This document shows positions 52,060 to 64,000 of a stretch of 64,000 bases of DNA, one piece after another. Position 1 is the first letter of the stretch, and each line of letters begins with the position of its first letter. A program made the position numbers and the translations under genes. The notes below the pieces were generated by a model. The model made no database searches, was not told the DNA's origin, and saw nothing but the letters and a program-made list of their open reading frames with translations. This stretch comes from Takakia lepidozioides. Taxonomy: Eukaryota > Plantae > Bryophyta. The stretch spans positions 12,400,001 to 12,464,000 of the forward strand of contig CM060731.1 in assembly GCA_030704615.1 (NCBI GenBank). Direction: 5' to 3'.

Positions 52060-53961
52060 CAGGGTTGCTTTTCCGTGAGCCTGTGAGCCCAGGAGCCCGT
52101 GAGCCAAGCATAGGCTCATGCCATGTCTACATAGAATTCCAAACTTGTAGGGCTTATTTCCGCAGGAGGCGCCTATTTCCGCGGATTGATTAACCATTTT
52201 CAGTCATTACATCTATTACATCCATTCCATCCATTCCATCCATCTGTTTCATCTATTTAGACATGGTTTACATACCAAGTCCTTGCATGCTAAGAAATGG
52301 ATGAATGTCGTTGTATTTGAATGGAACATTATCCGGATGTCCAGGATGAAATAGTCAATGTGGATGCATAGTCCTCTGCGTAGATGAATGTGGCTACGTC
52401 GTGTGTGTACGTACATATGCAATCTCGCCAGATGTACACACCCAATAATGCATATGCAATCATAGACGGAAAGAATCTGATACAGGCAAGGAGATGGACA
52501 GACAGGGAAGGAAAGACAATGGTGGACGCTAGAGGGGTGGACTGGGCAGTGTCTCTAGAGGTTGATTGTTTGAGAGAGTTAGCAGGAAGACAAAGTCGTG
52601 GAGTTTCTTTGCAGCAGGCCATCCTCAGCAGAAATAAATCTCAAAACAGTTTCCTCGAGTTTTTTTTTCTTTTCTTTTCCCCACAAAACAAGGGACAATG
52701 GCCCTCAATATTTCGTATGCGCCGGCGCATGCCAGACAAGAGTGTTTGTTTTTAAAACAAAAACAAAATTAAAAAAAAAAATTTAAACAAATTTACAAAA
52801 CAGGGGAGAGTGGCCGTCATATTTCGTATGCGTCGACGCATACCAGACAACAGTGTTTTGTTTTTATTTTGTTTTTAATATTTGTTTTTAATTTTAATTT
52901 TAATTTTTTCTTACAAAACATGCGACAGTGGCCCTCATATGCGCCGGCGCATAGCAGACAACAGTGTATTTTTAAAAAACAAATTTTTATTTTTATTTTT
53001 TGTTTTACAAAACAGGGACCAGTGGCCCTCATATTTCGTATGCGCTAGCACATAACAGACAACAATGTTTTGTTTTCAAAAAATATTTTTTAATATATTT
53101 TTTTAATTTTTTTAACTTTTTGTTTTACAAAACATGGGACAGTGGCCCTCATATGCGCGGGCGCATTTCAGACAACAGTGTTTTTTTTAAAACAATATTT
53201 TTTTAATTTTTTCATTGTTTTAATTTTTGTTTTGCAAAACAGGGGACAGTGGCCCTCATATTTCATATGCGCCGGCGCATACCAGACAAGAGTGTTTTGT
53301 TTTATTTTTTAAAAATATTTGTTTTTAATTCATTTTATTTTATTTGTTTTACAAAACAGGGGACAATGGCCCTCATCTTTCGTATGCGCCGGCGCATACC
53401 AGACAGCAGTGTTTTGTTTTATATTTGTATAATTTATTATTTATTTTATTTTTAATTTTCTAACAAAACAGGGGACAGTGGCCCTCATATGCGCAGGCGC
53501 ATATCAAACAACAATGTTTTGTTTTTCAATATATATATATATATATACAAAACAGGGGACAGTGGCCCTCATATTTCGTATACGCCCGTGCATACCAAAC
53601 AATAGGTAGTGTTTTTTCAAAAACACTTATAATTGTTTTTTATTATTTATTTATTTTTGTTTTTTGTTTTTCAAAACAAAGGACAGTGGCCCTCATATTT
53701 CGTATGCACCGGCGCATACCTGACAACAGTGTTTTTTTAATTTAATTAATTAATTTTTATTCTTACAAAACAGAGACAGTGACCCTCATATTGTCATTTT
53801 TTGGCTTCCTCGGATATAGGGTTGTTATGCAGCAATCCGCGGAAATACGTCCCATTTCTTAATGTTTTGACGACCCATCCATGCTCATAATTATATATAA
53901 TTTATATTAGGGGCTCACGATTTCCAGCTCACGGCTCACCGCTCACGGTTTAGCATCCCTG
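52060..53961. mobile_element. Non-autonomous TIR transposon with 10-bp target duplication
   Basis: Ends CAGGGTTGCTTTTCCGTGAGC / rc CAGGGATGCTAAACCGTGAGC, with GTGAGC subterminal repeats. Flanked by CATCTCAAAT at 52050-52059 and 53962-53971. Confidence 0.8.
52685..53790. repeat. Array of 10 full and 1 partial ~60-bp conserved units with a palindrome, separated by T-rich spacers
   Basis: Consensus CAAAACAGGGGACAGTGGCCCTCATATTTCGTATGCGCCGGCGCATACCAGACAACAGTG, period roughly 85-125 bp. Confidence 0.9.
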
Positions 53962-55935
53962 CATCTCAAATGGCATCTATGCATCTGAACTGACATAATC
54001 CTAGCCGACCCACATTGGAATTGTTTTGCAGTTGGAGGAAAGGGCCCAGTCTGTTCTACTTACGCAGCTGGCTGACTATGGCATCACCATGACAACACCA
54101 AAGGTCACCTTCCAAGCATACATGCGGAAATGGAGAGCCACAGTGTGGCAATCGTGTTTCTTCAAGGAGTTCAACGAGGAGGGTGGGATCAGTCGAACAA
54201 ATGAGCTTGACCAGCAAGTAGTCACCTCACGTCATAGGCTTTGCTGCAATGCCAAAATTCCTGATGGACGCGCGGAATGCCAGCCCTCCCATTACTATGC
54301 TACAGTGGCGTCAAAAGTCCCTGACCTACTGTCATCATTTTTTCCACAAAGGCTATATTTCTCAGCTAAGATCCAATGGCCACTGCTGTAGGTACAGTGC
54401 TAGATCCCCGATTTCAACGTTATTCATTTGATTGTGCCTATGACACTAGCTATTGCTAGTCAACCTCATTATCGCATCTTTATAAGTTATGATACTCTTA
54501 CCAACTCACTACAAGTACTATTAAACCAAGAGGATCAATCTGCCACGTCAACTACCATTCTCAAATACAACTGAATCACATCGTAAACTAGATAATAATC
54601 AAAAGCACAAGTTTTTTAACGTATTTCAAGCAGTCCATGTACTATTTGAAAGCAGATTTAACTTAGTTAGAGTCCAAGCTCCACCCACTATCTCACTCCC
54701 GTCCGTACTGATTTTTCTCTTGCCAGCCACCTTTGCTTGCCGCTTTGTTGGGTCACATGAATTTCTGACGGCCCAAGACCTTGTTGTCAAGTTTCTTCAA
54801 ACATGCTGGTGAATATATTCATGAATCGTGGGGGACGAAGAAGGCTTTCCCCAAAGAAAGACCTGCATCCAACCTCACCAAAGGATGACTTTGTTGCTGG
54901 TACATGTCTCATGCAAAGGCCTATGGGTTCATCCAAAACCAGTGGGAGGAGGGATTTGTTTGTAGTTCCTTTTTGCTTGCCAAACACATTCCAGATGAGA
55001 ACATGTACCTGCCCGATACTCCCGGAGGCACCACAAAATATGTTATCGCCATATAGATAAGACATTCACCATTCATAATCCGGACTCAAAGTGGGTTTGT
55101 TGTGATTGCCCTTGGGCCCAGAAAGGCAATATGTGTGCACACCAAGTAAAAGTTCTAAAGATGCTTCACCCTCATCTTAAGGATGGGCTCATCACTAAGT
55201 TCTGTGGATCTCTCCCGGGTACAATTCTACAGTGGCTTTTTGAATTTGGTGACATGCCTAATTCAATCCCGCTCTTCTGTCATTTTGTCTTCCCAAACTC
55301 CTCCCTTCTATGTCTCAGAAAAGTCCCGTCACTGCAAGTCCCTTGCACAACCTCGTTGCCTTAATTTCAACAGAATGAAAAAATATATTTTTGAATTGAC
55401 AAAAGACAATGGTATCCTCCAGCACCATCTCCTTGCCTTGGTAAGAGCTGCAAAGGAAAGGTTCTTGACTCGAGTGCAATGATGGAGGAGGGGCTTCAAT
55501 ACGCTCATGATGAACAAATTATGACGGTTCTCAACGATGGGAATGGAAAGTCCCTTGTACACATCAAAGATTTTTGGGAGAGGCATGGGTGGACCCACAA
55601 ATCGCCCACCCTAGTCTATTCGAGGAGCAGGAGAAGATTGTACACAGGCTGAAGAAGTTGAGGTAATGCACTTCCCTTTCTGAAATTCATGTCATTCAAT
55701 TTTCCATCAATGCAATGGACATTGATTTCAACACCAATTTCATTTGTGTGTGCATGGACACGGATGGCAATACTATTGGAGCAAAGGGATTTGGGAAAGG
55801 CGGGGAAAGAAAGAGAGCTCTATATCATGGAATATGCCCACAGCTGGCTGAGTTTGCATACACTTCAATTAATCTATTACAAACTGTTTAGGTAGACATC
55901 GTACTACAATGACAGACTTCAAGGACGGAATACTC

Positions 55936-58325
55936 CAGTGTTGGGCAGATATTTGACTTTGCCTCAAACCCCCGGTGGATCCCAATCCGGATATATATAT
56001 GTGGATCTGCCGGAGGTCAAAAATTTACATATCCGCCTCCGTTAGGAACCGCCGGATATGAATAGATCGGATAACCGGATCCGGTTGAGAACCTGCGGTT
56101 TTGTTTTTCTTTTGTATTTGTTTTGATCCGGAACTAGTGGCCCACAAGAGGCAGGTTATGAACCTTTATATCCGCCCTTTGACCGGAGGTTACTAACAGG
56201 TTATGTGGTTATATAAACGATGTGGCATGAGCTGGACTTCTTCATTTCAATTCTACTCATCAGGTAGGGCAGCGCAGGATTTATGAGAGACGGCGATTGT
56301 GGATCTTGCATGGAATGGTCTCATCACGATCTTCAAGGTACGTCTTGATTATCCTTTCTTCGTTGAGTTTTGCTTCACAATGCCTCATGGAGTCCTCAAT
56401 CCTTGAGTTGTCTACAGTTATCTTATTTCTCTGAGCATTTGCAAGTTACATGCCCAGGTGACCTCTACGGTAGTTATCATCTATACGATGGACTGCTTGC
56501 AGAAATTGTTTCCTGAACATGATTACATCTCTGACCTTTCATCTTTTGTTCTAGAGTCCGAAGGTAGTGCACTATCACTTGCGCTGCAACCTTCTAACAG
56601 TATTGGCCCACCTTCCAGCAACACTACTGGCCCGTCGATATGTGATGGTCATGGGGCACAAAACAGCGGGTTGGCAATGAGTGGTGAGGGATCGCGGGAC
56701 CCAGTATTGGAGCACCAACTCAGACAACTACGACAACAGGGGGCTTTTTGGAAAGCGTTATCACCACACCTCACTAACATGGGTCTTCTTCATTGTCAAT
56801 GACAACCAAGCAGTTGACATCGAAAATCCACAGGTGATGCATTGCACAATATGTCATAATGCCATAGTGGGCCCTGCTAACTTGGCCTTGCACACTAGAT
56901 GCCGAAAATGACTTAGTACTTATAATAAGACCAATGGTATTACCCCAATGAAAAAGCATGTTGAAGTGGAGCATTTTTTACTGTCAGAGAAGTATGAGCA
57001 AGAAGTAGCAAGCCGTGTGAAAGATCCTTCGAAAAGACAACCTGCTAAAAAAAGACCTGGTTTGACACCTACATCAATATCATCTTTTTTTGGAGCGGTT
57101 GACCCTTTTAAGAATGATCACGAGGTTCAGAAAGCCTTCCTAGAAGATTTGGTACTATTTGTCATCAAAAGTTATATGCCTTTGAGAACTGTTGAATCAA
57201 TTTGGCTTCAAAGGATGGCACTTCGGTTGTGTCCTAGGGTAGTTTTCCCATCGCGTAAGGTCTTTACAGATAAAGTGCTAAGATTAGTGGAGCGCACAAC
57301 ACAAACTTACCTCATCCCTGCTCTGACTACTTGTTTATCAGCGAGTGCAAGCTTTGATTTATGGATGTCTAAAGGAGCACATGACGTGTTTGCTCTTGTT
57401 GTGAATTTCCTGACGATTGACTGGGAGCCCAAACATGTAATGCTTGGCATGTTTGAAGCAACACATACTACAGGGCTTGGTTATCAAGTTGCGGGCCCTA
57501 CTTGACAAATTATCACTGATAAAAAAGATAATATGTTATGTCAAAGATGAGGGCAACAACCTCTCAACTATGACACAAGCATTGAGGTCAGTGGTTTCAT
57601 GTGAAAGCTTGGAGGTGACTGAGTCTTTTCAAGGCTTTTGCTTTGGACATGCTATGTCCAAGGCATGCCAGTACGCTACAAACGATGAGAAGATTTGTGG
57701 AGGCATGACATATGTATCCATCAAGACTGCCTAAACGGACATTCAAAAGTGTATTACGTGGCCGAAAAAATCTGGGAAGGGGCGACAGGAGTGGGACTTG
57801 GCTTGCATTGGTTCAGGCATACCACCTCAAAAATTAAATACTCAAGACAAGGTACAATTCTTTCTGATCCATCACTGAATATTTTTTTGTAATTATGGTT
57901 ATTAATGATTACACAATAATTTATAATTCTCTATCAATTGTGGGTGCACATTTGCATCTCGAGTTATGATGTTTGAAGATGCCATACGGTTTAGGGCTCC
58001 AATTCACTTGTGTTATGATCGACAAACACTTGCCTTAGCGGCTCAAATTCCTACTGCCAAGACATGGGCTGTAGCAGAGACAATTGTGAATTAAACGATG
58101 TCACCCATCGTCACGGTGTGTATGTTGAATCAAAGCCATGGCCACTGGTTATTATCTGATGCTTTGAATGTTGCAATTACCATGACCCTGCAGTTGCAAC
58201 AAGAAATATCTTATAGACCCATCAACCTTGCCCACTTTCAACTCCATGATTTTGATGGAGAATTGGCTGAAATGTCAGCTCACACAAAACAAGTAATTAT
58301 CAAATATGTTTTTCATTTTTTCTGA
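55936..58325 (+). mobile_element. Second hAT element relic (left TIR plus frameshifted transposase, 3'-truncated)
   Basis: CAGTGTTGGGCAGATATTTGAC at 55936; a related end lies at 26713. Transposase fragments MHCTICH..., FLEDLVLF, SFDLWMSKGAHDVFALVVNF, YVKDEG, CFGHAMSKACQYATND are homologous to the 13.4-15.8 kb transposase. Confidence 0.85.
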
Positions 58326-58338
58326 CATTTATGGGCAA

Positions 58339-58692
58339 TTATAGGTTATGAATGAGGATGTGTATAAATTGGAGCTGTCGGCAAATAGCAAGGTGCATCC
58401 GGTATTCTACGTCTCCCTTTTGAAGCCTTACTTCAAAGATGAAGCGCGTCCGAATCGGCATCAAGTGTTGCGTCCGCCACCTGTGCTGTTGGATCATGAA
58501 AATGAACATGAGTACGAGGTGGAGGCAGTGCTTAAGTCGAGGAGGTTCAAGAATCGAGAAACGGGGTATCTCGTGAAATGGAAGGGCTATCATCAAGTGG
58601 AGGTAACTTGGGTGCGTGCCTCAGAAATGGGAAACGCATCCGAGGCGGTTGCAGCTTTCGAAGGGCGACTTCAAAAGCGGAAGAAGCGTTGA
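58339..58692 (+). mobile_element. Ty3/gypsy chromovirus integrase C-terminus with chromodomain, followed by a PPT and probable 3' LTR start (~58727)
   Basis: YKLEL...VHPVFYVSLLKPY (GPY/F-region) and YEVEAVLKSR...YLVKWKGY...TW (chromodomain). Followed by the purine tract GGGGGAGGAAA then TG. Confidence 0.85.
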
Positions 58693-60209
58693 TGGGGACA
58701 TCAACCTTAGATCGTGGGGGAGGAAATGCATGCTTAGCCTGGCTTGGCTAGCTCAGGAATCCGATTGCAAAAACTTGTATTATACAAATTTTGTTATAAA
58801 TGAAATGGTTTCCAAATGTTGTGCTTCCTATTTTGTTTGGAAGGATGATGCATGGTATGGGTGGCTAGTGTGTAGAATGCATGCTAGCTTACAAAAGTGG
58901 GAGAGATAAATTGGATTAATCGTGTGTTTGCGCAGTGCCAAAATCGGGTGACTCCCATCCAAGGGGCAAGGAAACTTACGCCTTCTCTGGGAGTTCACGT
59001 GCTAGTGCGCACCTGGCGCGTGCACGTACTATAACTGCGCTACCGAGGGGGTTGTCTTGTAGTGTGGACTAACGTGGAAACTACGTGCCTTCGTTCACGT
59101 ACTATAATCGTGTAACCTCGAGACGAAGTCGTAGTGTGGCTTTGGCATGTTCCTGTACCTCAGGCCAGCATTCCAAGGCGGACCCAATTGTAATGATTGG
59201 GGCACGCGGTTGGTTCAAGGTTATCTTCCTAGTCAAAAAGGGTTCAAGGTGAACCCTTGCTCAAGATGATGCCCAAAAACGGCATCACGAGCGATCGCAA
59301 GCAATGTTGTTGCAGTAAGGCGATTCGATCCTCGAGGAGGATCGTTCTTTGGCCTTGAAGTGGGCAAAGAAGAATGCACTGGGTGGAGCTTGAGAGGTTC
59401 CACCCTTGGCCGGGACTTGGAGGAAATCGACCAAACTAGCTAGTGGGGAGTAGAGTCAAGTGAGGGTTTGGTTCTTTGTCATGGGACGCCATGGTACGGA
59501 AACAAACGCCTTTATGTGGGATGCCACAACTTGGATGTTTGTTTCTACAAAATGGACAAGTCGATGATGACATCGACTCCCTGTTGATGGGGGTGTGTGT
59601 CGCGGCCCTTTGCCTTGAGGACTGGGGGTCGGGACACGAGAGGGGCTGCCCCTGTGGTGGGGGCAGTGGCAACAATAGGTACGGGGGCTGAAGCACCCTT
59701 GAGTGCCCAAGGCACTCAAGGAGGCAGAGACGCTCACTAGGTGGAGCCCCGCACACCGGGTTGCGGTGGGGGTGGTTCCACGAGGGGTGGTGGTAGCTTA
59801 GTGGGTCTTAGTGGGGGTGGCATAGGACTCACCATGGGGCGGAGACCTTGTGGTGGGAGTCGTGGGGAGTCTTGGGACTCATCACGGTCCAATGGGGCCG
59901 TGGTGGGTGGGCCAAGACTCACCGCGACTCATCACCGGGAATGGAGGGTCTTCGTGGTGGTTCGCCATAAAATGACTGGGTTGTTTGTGAAACCGCCGCG
60001 GTCGGTCACAGAAGTATATATAGGGAGTAGTAACCCCGAGAACGGTACAAGCCCGTTGGTGACCAAAAACTAGTGAGTAAGCGTGCGAGCCGGAAAGCGA
60101 CCAAGGTGTGAGAAGCTGTTCCGGACTGCCAACGACCAAAGGGAATTTCCATTAGGCCCAAATTGAACGAGGGTCTGGTGGAGGAGTAAAGGGGGACCGG
60201 TATGTCCCG

Positions 60210-61655
60210 GTGAAACACCCTTTTGAGGTGCTCCAGGTGCTCTTCCTTTGTTTTCGAGTACACCAAGATGTCATCAATGTACACGATCACAAAGTCATCC
60301 AACCACTCTTGGAAAAGGTTGTTCACTAGCGTGCTAAAGATCGCGGGTGCATTGGTGAGCCCAAAAGGCATCACCAAGAACTCATATGAACCATATCTTG
60401 TCCTGCACGCGGTCTTCTCCTTATCTCCTTCCGCCACTCGGATTTGATGGTAGTCGGAGCGCAAATCGATCCGGCTGAAATACTTCGCTCCTGCCAACCG
60501 ATCGAAAAGGTCGTTGATCCTTGGCAAAGGGTACCGGTTTTTTATAGTCACCTTATTCAGAGCCCTGTAATCGACACACATCCGCAACGTCCCATCCTTC
60601 TTGTCTGCGAATAGCACCGGGGCTCCGTAAGGTGACTTACTCTGCCGGATGTACCCCTTTGACATTAGATCCTTGAGCTGGGCCTTCAGCTCGACCAACT
60701 CTTTGTGGCTCAACCGGTAGGGCGCCTTGGCAAGCGGCTCCAATCCCGGTATCACCTCTATCTTGTGGTCAACTCCTCTCCGCGGTGGCAAGCCGCTTGG
60801 TAAATCCTCCGGCATCACATCCTGGTATTTCTCCAAGATCCCCTTGATCCAATCTGGGCTCGGCTCCCTATCGATTTCTCATTCCACTTGTCTTACGTAA
60901 AGCAAAAATTGGGGCTCGTGTGGCTCCTCCATGGCCCACTCCTTTGCTAACAATAGGTTTATTCGCCCTCCCACTCGGCTGGGCGTTTCCGATACCCGTA
61001 AAACTTCGCCACCATTCCCACATAGTAGCGTGACTATTATCTTGCGGCCATCTATGACCGCTCCGGATTTGCTCAGAAAGGTCATCCCCAAAATGAGATC
61101 CACTCCATCGATCTTGCAAATGGTGAAGTTCTCACGTCCCTCCCAATTCCCGAGCTGAAGAGGAACTTCGAACGCCAACCTCGTCGCCAATTGTGGTTCT
61201 CCTTTGGCAGAACGTACCTCAATAGAGGCCCCCACATCACTTGTCGGGAGCCCCAGCTTCCGTGCCGTTGTTGGTGTCATGAAGGAGTGTGACGCTCCTG
61301 TGTCCACCAACAACGACACGTTAGTTCCGGAAATTATCCCACTCATGAACATTAACTGACTCCCTTTACGCAAGGTGCCAGTTTCCTGATACAACTTACA
61401 AGAGTAGTTGCCCACCTTGCAGGTCTTGGCGACCACTGCCTCCACCAAGCGACTGATGGAATCTTCGGACAGCTCCGCGGTCACCCGAGTCGTGTTCAAT
61501 TGTCGGGGTTTTGCACACTTCTTAGCTATGTGCCCGGGCTCCCCGCAATTAAAGCACACTCCATCGAAGATCGCCTTTTGTCCGCCATAAGCCGCCGCAC
61601 CTGATTTTCTGTAGTGTGAATGCAGGGGAGTAACAGTGAAATTTTTGTTTGGCAT
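60210..61655 (-). mobile_element. Ty3/gypsy gag zinc knuckle-protease-reverse transcriptase fragment (frameshifted, RT truncated)
   Basis: CFNCGEPGHIAKKC (CCHC), LLVDTGASHSF (aspartic protease), [35 protein letters not shown]. Confidence 0.92.
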
Positions 61656-64000
61656 CAGGATTCGGCATTACTACAAAGAGAGAGCCCTGGTGCTAATAAC
61701 AAGGAGGGAAGTATCCATGCCTATAGTTAAATCCATGGGCACAATATGCTATTGCGCTGCCAGGACAAAATGTGGCTAAGTTATGAAATGCGCCTTTTTC
61801 ATCCATAGGATGAATGGCTTTCATCGCTGTGATTACCATAGAAACACGGGTCGAGGAAGCTTAGGGCTTGCTGGAGGATAATCGTGCAGGGAACAGCTAG
61901 GTAATTTTGCTCAAGCCAGGTGAAGGGAGGCGGTGCAGTAATCGTTTTATAGTTTTGAAGAGAGGGAGTGCTGCAGGACGATTCATGAAGGGCAAGTAAT
62001 ATCATGTGCTACTGACAGAAGTAATGAAGGCATTGAGGCGGTGCTGCCTGTGATTTGACCTCTGAAGATGTAGGAGTTGCGGGGAAAGCAGCTCGGTGGA
62101 GGGGCGGCAGTGCCGTCGTTACTCTCATGACCACAATGACAGGGAGGATGAACTTGCAAGGGAAACGGCCTGCTGACAGGGAATAGAAAGGTGGGGTTGC
62201 TGGCACAATCAAATGCTAGTTAAAGTGATGGTGCAGCTCCATCACGACGAGCATCTGCCAGAGGTAGGGAGTGCAAACTGATACTGCCGCCATTGCATTC
62301 ATGTGCGATTATTGAAAGCTGCACTTGTGGGAGAAGCAATTGCTGCCAGATGACGGGCAGCAATGGGATTACTGACTTGACCACATGTTGATTGATGCAA
62401 TCGCCAGCATGAGGGCGTCGGCTTGTGGACAGTGGTACAGGTTATCTGTAAATAAAGAGGCAAAGGAGTGAAATGTATAGAGCAAGAAGCTTTCAGATGA
62501 TGACTGTCTGCTTGTTATCATATCAGATCGTAGGGTAGATTAGCAGAGGTGGTAGGATAGGGTAGTTAGTTGGCAAGCGACAAGGTTACTGCCATAGGTT
62601 GAAACCGAGCCGTCATGACTCACTGAATGCTTGAATCGACGAATATCTGAAAGGTGGAGTGGCATAGCGATGACAGGATCTGACATACATAGATCTTTGT
62701 TTTTACAAACGTGGCATTCAGACGACAAGAGGAGTTAGGGAGCTGCTGACAGAGATGGTGAGGTGCCATTTCGGGCAGGCAATCCCACCGCTTCAGCTGG
62801 AGTATAAGACAGCTAAGTTAATAGAAACCTGGGGGGTTTTTTTGACTTAGATAGATGTCGCTGAAATGATTGAAGGCTCTGGAGTTAGTAGAGAGAGTAT
62901 GAGAACGTTTTGAAAAATGGAATGGAGTGGTGGCTTGGGCTTCAAACCAGAATGGTGTAGAGAGGATGAGAGATGATGCATGTCTTTGGGGAATGGTGAT
63001 AGAAGGCAGATGCAGCCATCTACAATCAATGCATATATAGTGTTTGTCCTGCTTTTGATTTTAAGATTCAGCACACTAAATCTGGAGCAAACTGTGCATC
63101 AGTGCTTAGAGTTAAACAAGTCTGCAAAATGAACAGTATAGGGAGATTCACCAAGGGAATCTATGTACTTGCTACAGGGTAGAAATGAGGGACAGGGTCT
63201 GTAACTGTCAGCATTAGGGTATGAGAATGAGGAGAGATTTTGTTTGGGAGGAGAGAAAAGCTAAGAGATAAGGTGGTGTGTACTTATGATTCCAAGGAGG
63301 ATTTTTGCGAAAGGTCTCCACTGGATGTGTGCCTTAGTATATTTGCATTGCATGAAGAAGGGTTGTCTGGTCTAATATGGGCACTTGCATCAGAAAGGGA
63401 GAAAACATTGGGAAGAAGAGAGATCTGTTCAGCAAAAGAATGATGAAGGGAGGGCCAGTTGAGAGATAAAGGAAAGACCATGAGTTGCATAGAAATAGCA
63501 GACCTGCACAGTATGGTAGATCCATGTTACCTTGCATTTTCGGTGATTGCATGAGAACAAAGGGGGTTCAAGTAGATGCTACATGCAAATGGTGAACTCA
63601 TAGGCTGTCATTAACCCTCTGGTAAGCTGTTTTGAGTGACTGTATCAGCATGAAAACTAAGCATGGTGCAAGACAGAACCCTAGTCAGGCCTGTTGCACT
63701 ATGCAGGGAACACCTTCACTTGTCCCATCCATGTCTTCTCTTCCGCTGCGGCGTGGATGAGGGCTTTATGAACTCTGATCATAAACAGCATGGATGTAGC
63801 CAACCATGAGAGAGGGAGAACCAGAATACCAACAAGACATTGCACTAAGAACTAGATTAGAATTAGACAGAAGGGGATATATGCCCCCTTCTTTTCACAC
63901 TACATTTCCTTTCGGGGCACCGAGTGCCGCTTTGACGTGTGAAGGCCCTCCATTCGATTTCCATGTGCCATTGTCGCCGCGTGGCCTATCCCACTTCTTT

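Noticed and set aside
52685-53790. CRISPR array
   Set aside because: Eukaryotic context with no cas genes. Repeats are ~60 bp and degenerate, spacers are low-complexity poly-T tracts, and the array lies inside a TIR element.
61700-64000. LINE or other retroelement ORF
   Set aside because: Composition is suggestive, but I could not identify any diagnostic motif.

Overview
Eukaryotic, intron-containing land-plant DNA; the repeat content and PLS-class PPR style suggest a bryophyte or other seed-free plant, but that is inference. Four apparently intact spliced genes: a 2-oxoglutarate/Fe(II) dioxygenase (-, 20.5-23.1 kb), a plastid-type RecA (-, 35.2-40.5 kb), a thaumatin-like protein with a GPI-type tail (+, 43.0-44.7 kb) and a 7-exon BURP-domain gene (-, 46.9-50.3 kb). 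The first coding exon of a probable plastid-targeted gene runs off the left edge. The rest is a scrambled PPR/DYW pseudogene array and many transposons: a full-length hAT with TIRs and TSD, three hAT MITEs, a second hAT relic, a PIF/Harbinger relic, chromovirus Ty3/gypsy fragments, SINE/LINE fragments and a TIR element carrying a palindromic array. The standout is the BURP gene. It encodes 12 tandem 17-aa units with a near-invariant (D/E)Y(E/G)GYY core fused to an intact CH-CH-CH-CH BURP domain. This is a candidate self-processing, copper-dependent tyrosine-crosslinking peptide (burpitide-type RiPP) precursor with a core motif I do not recognise.
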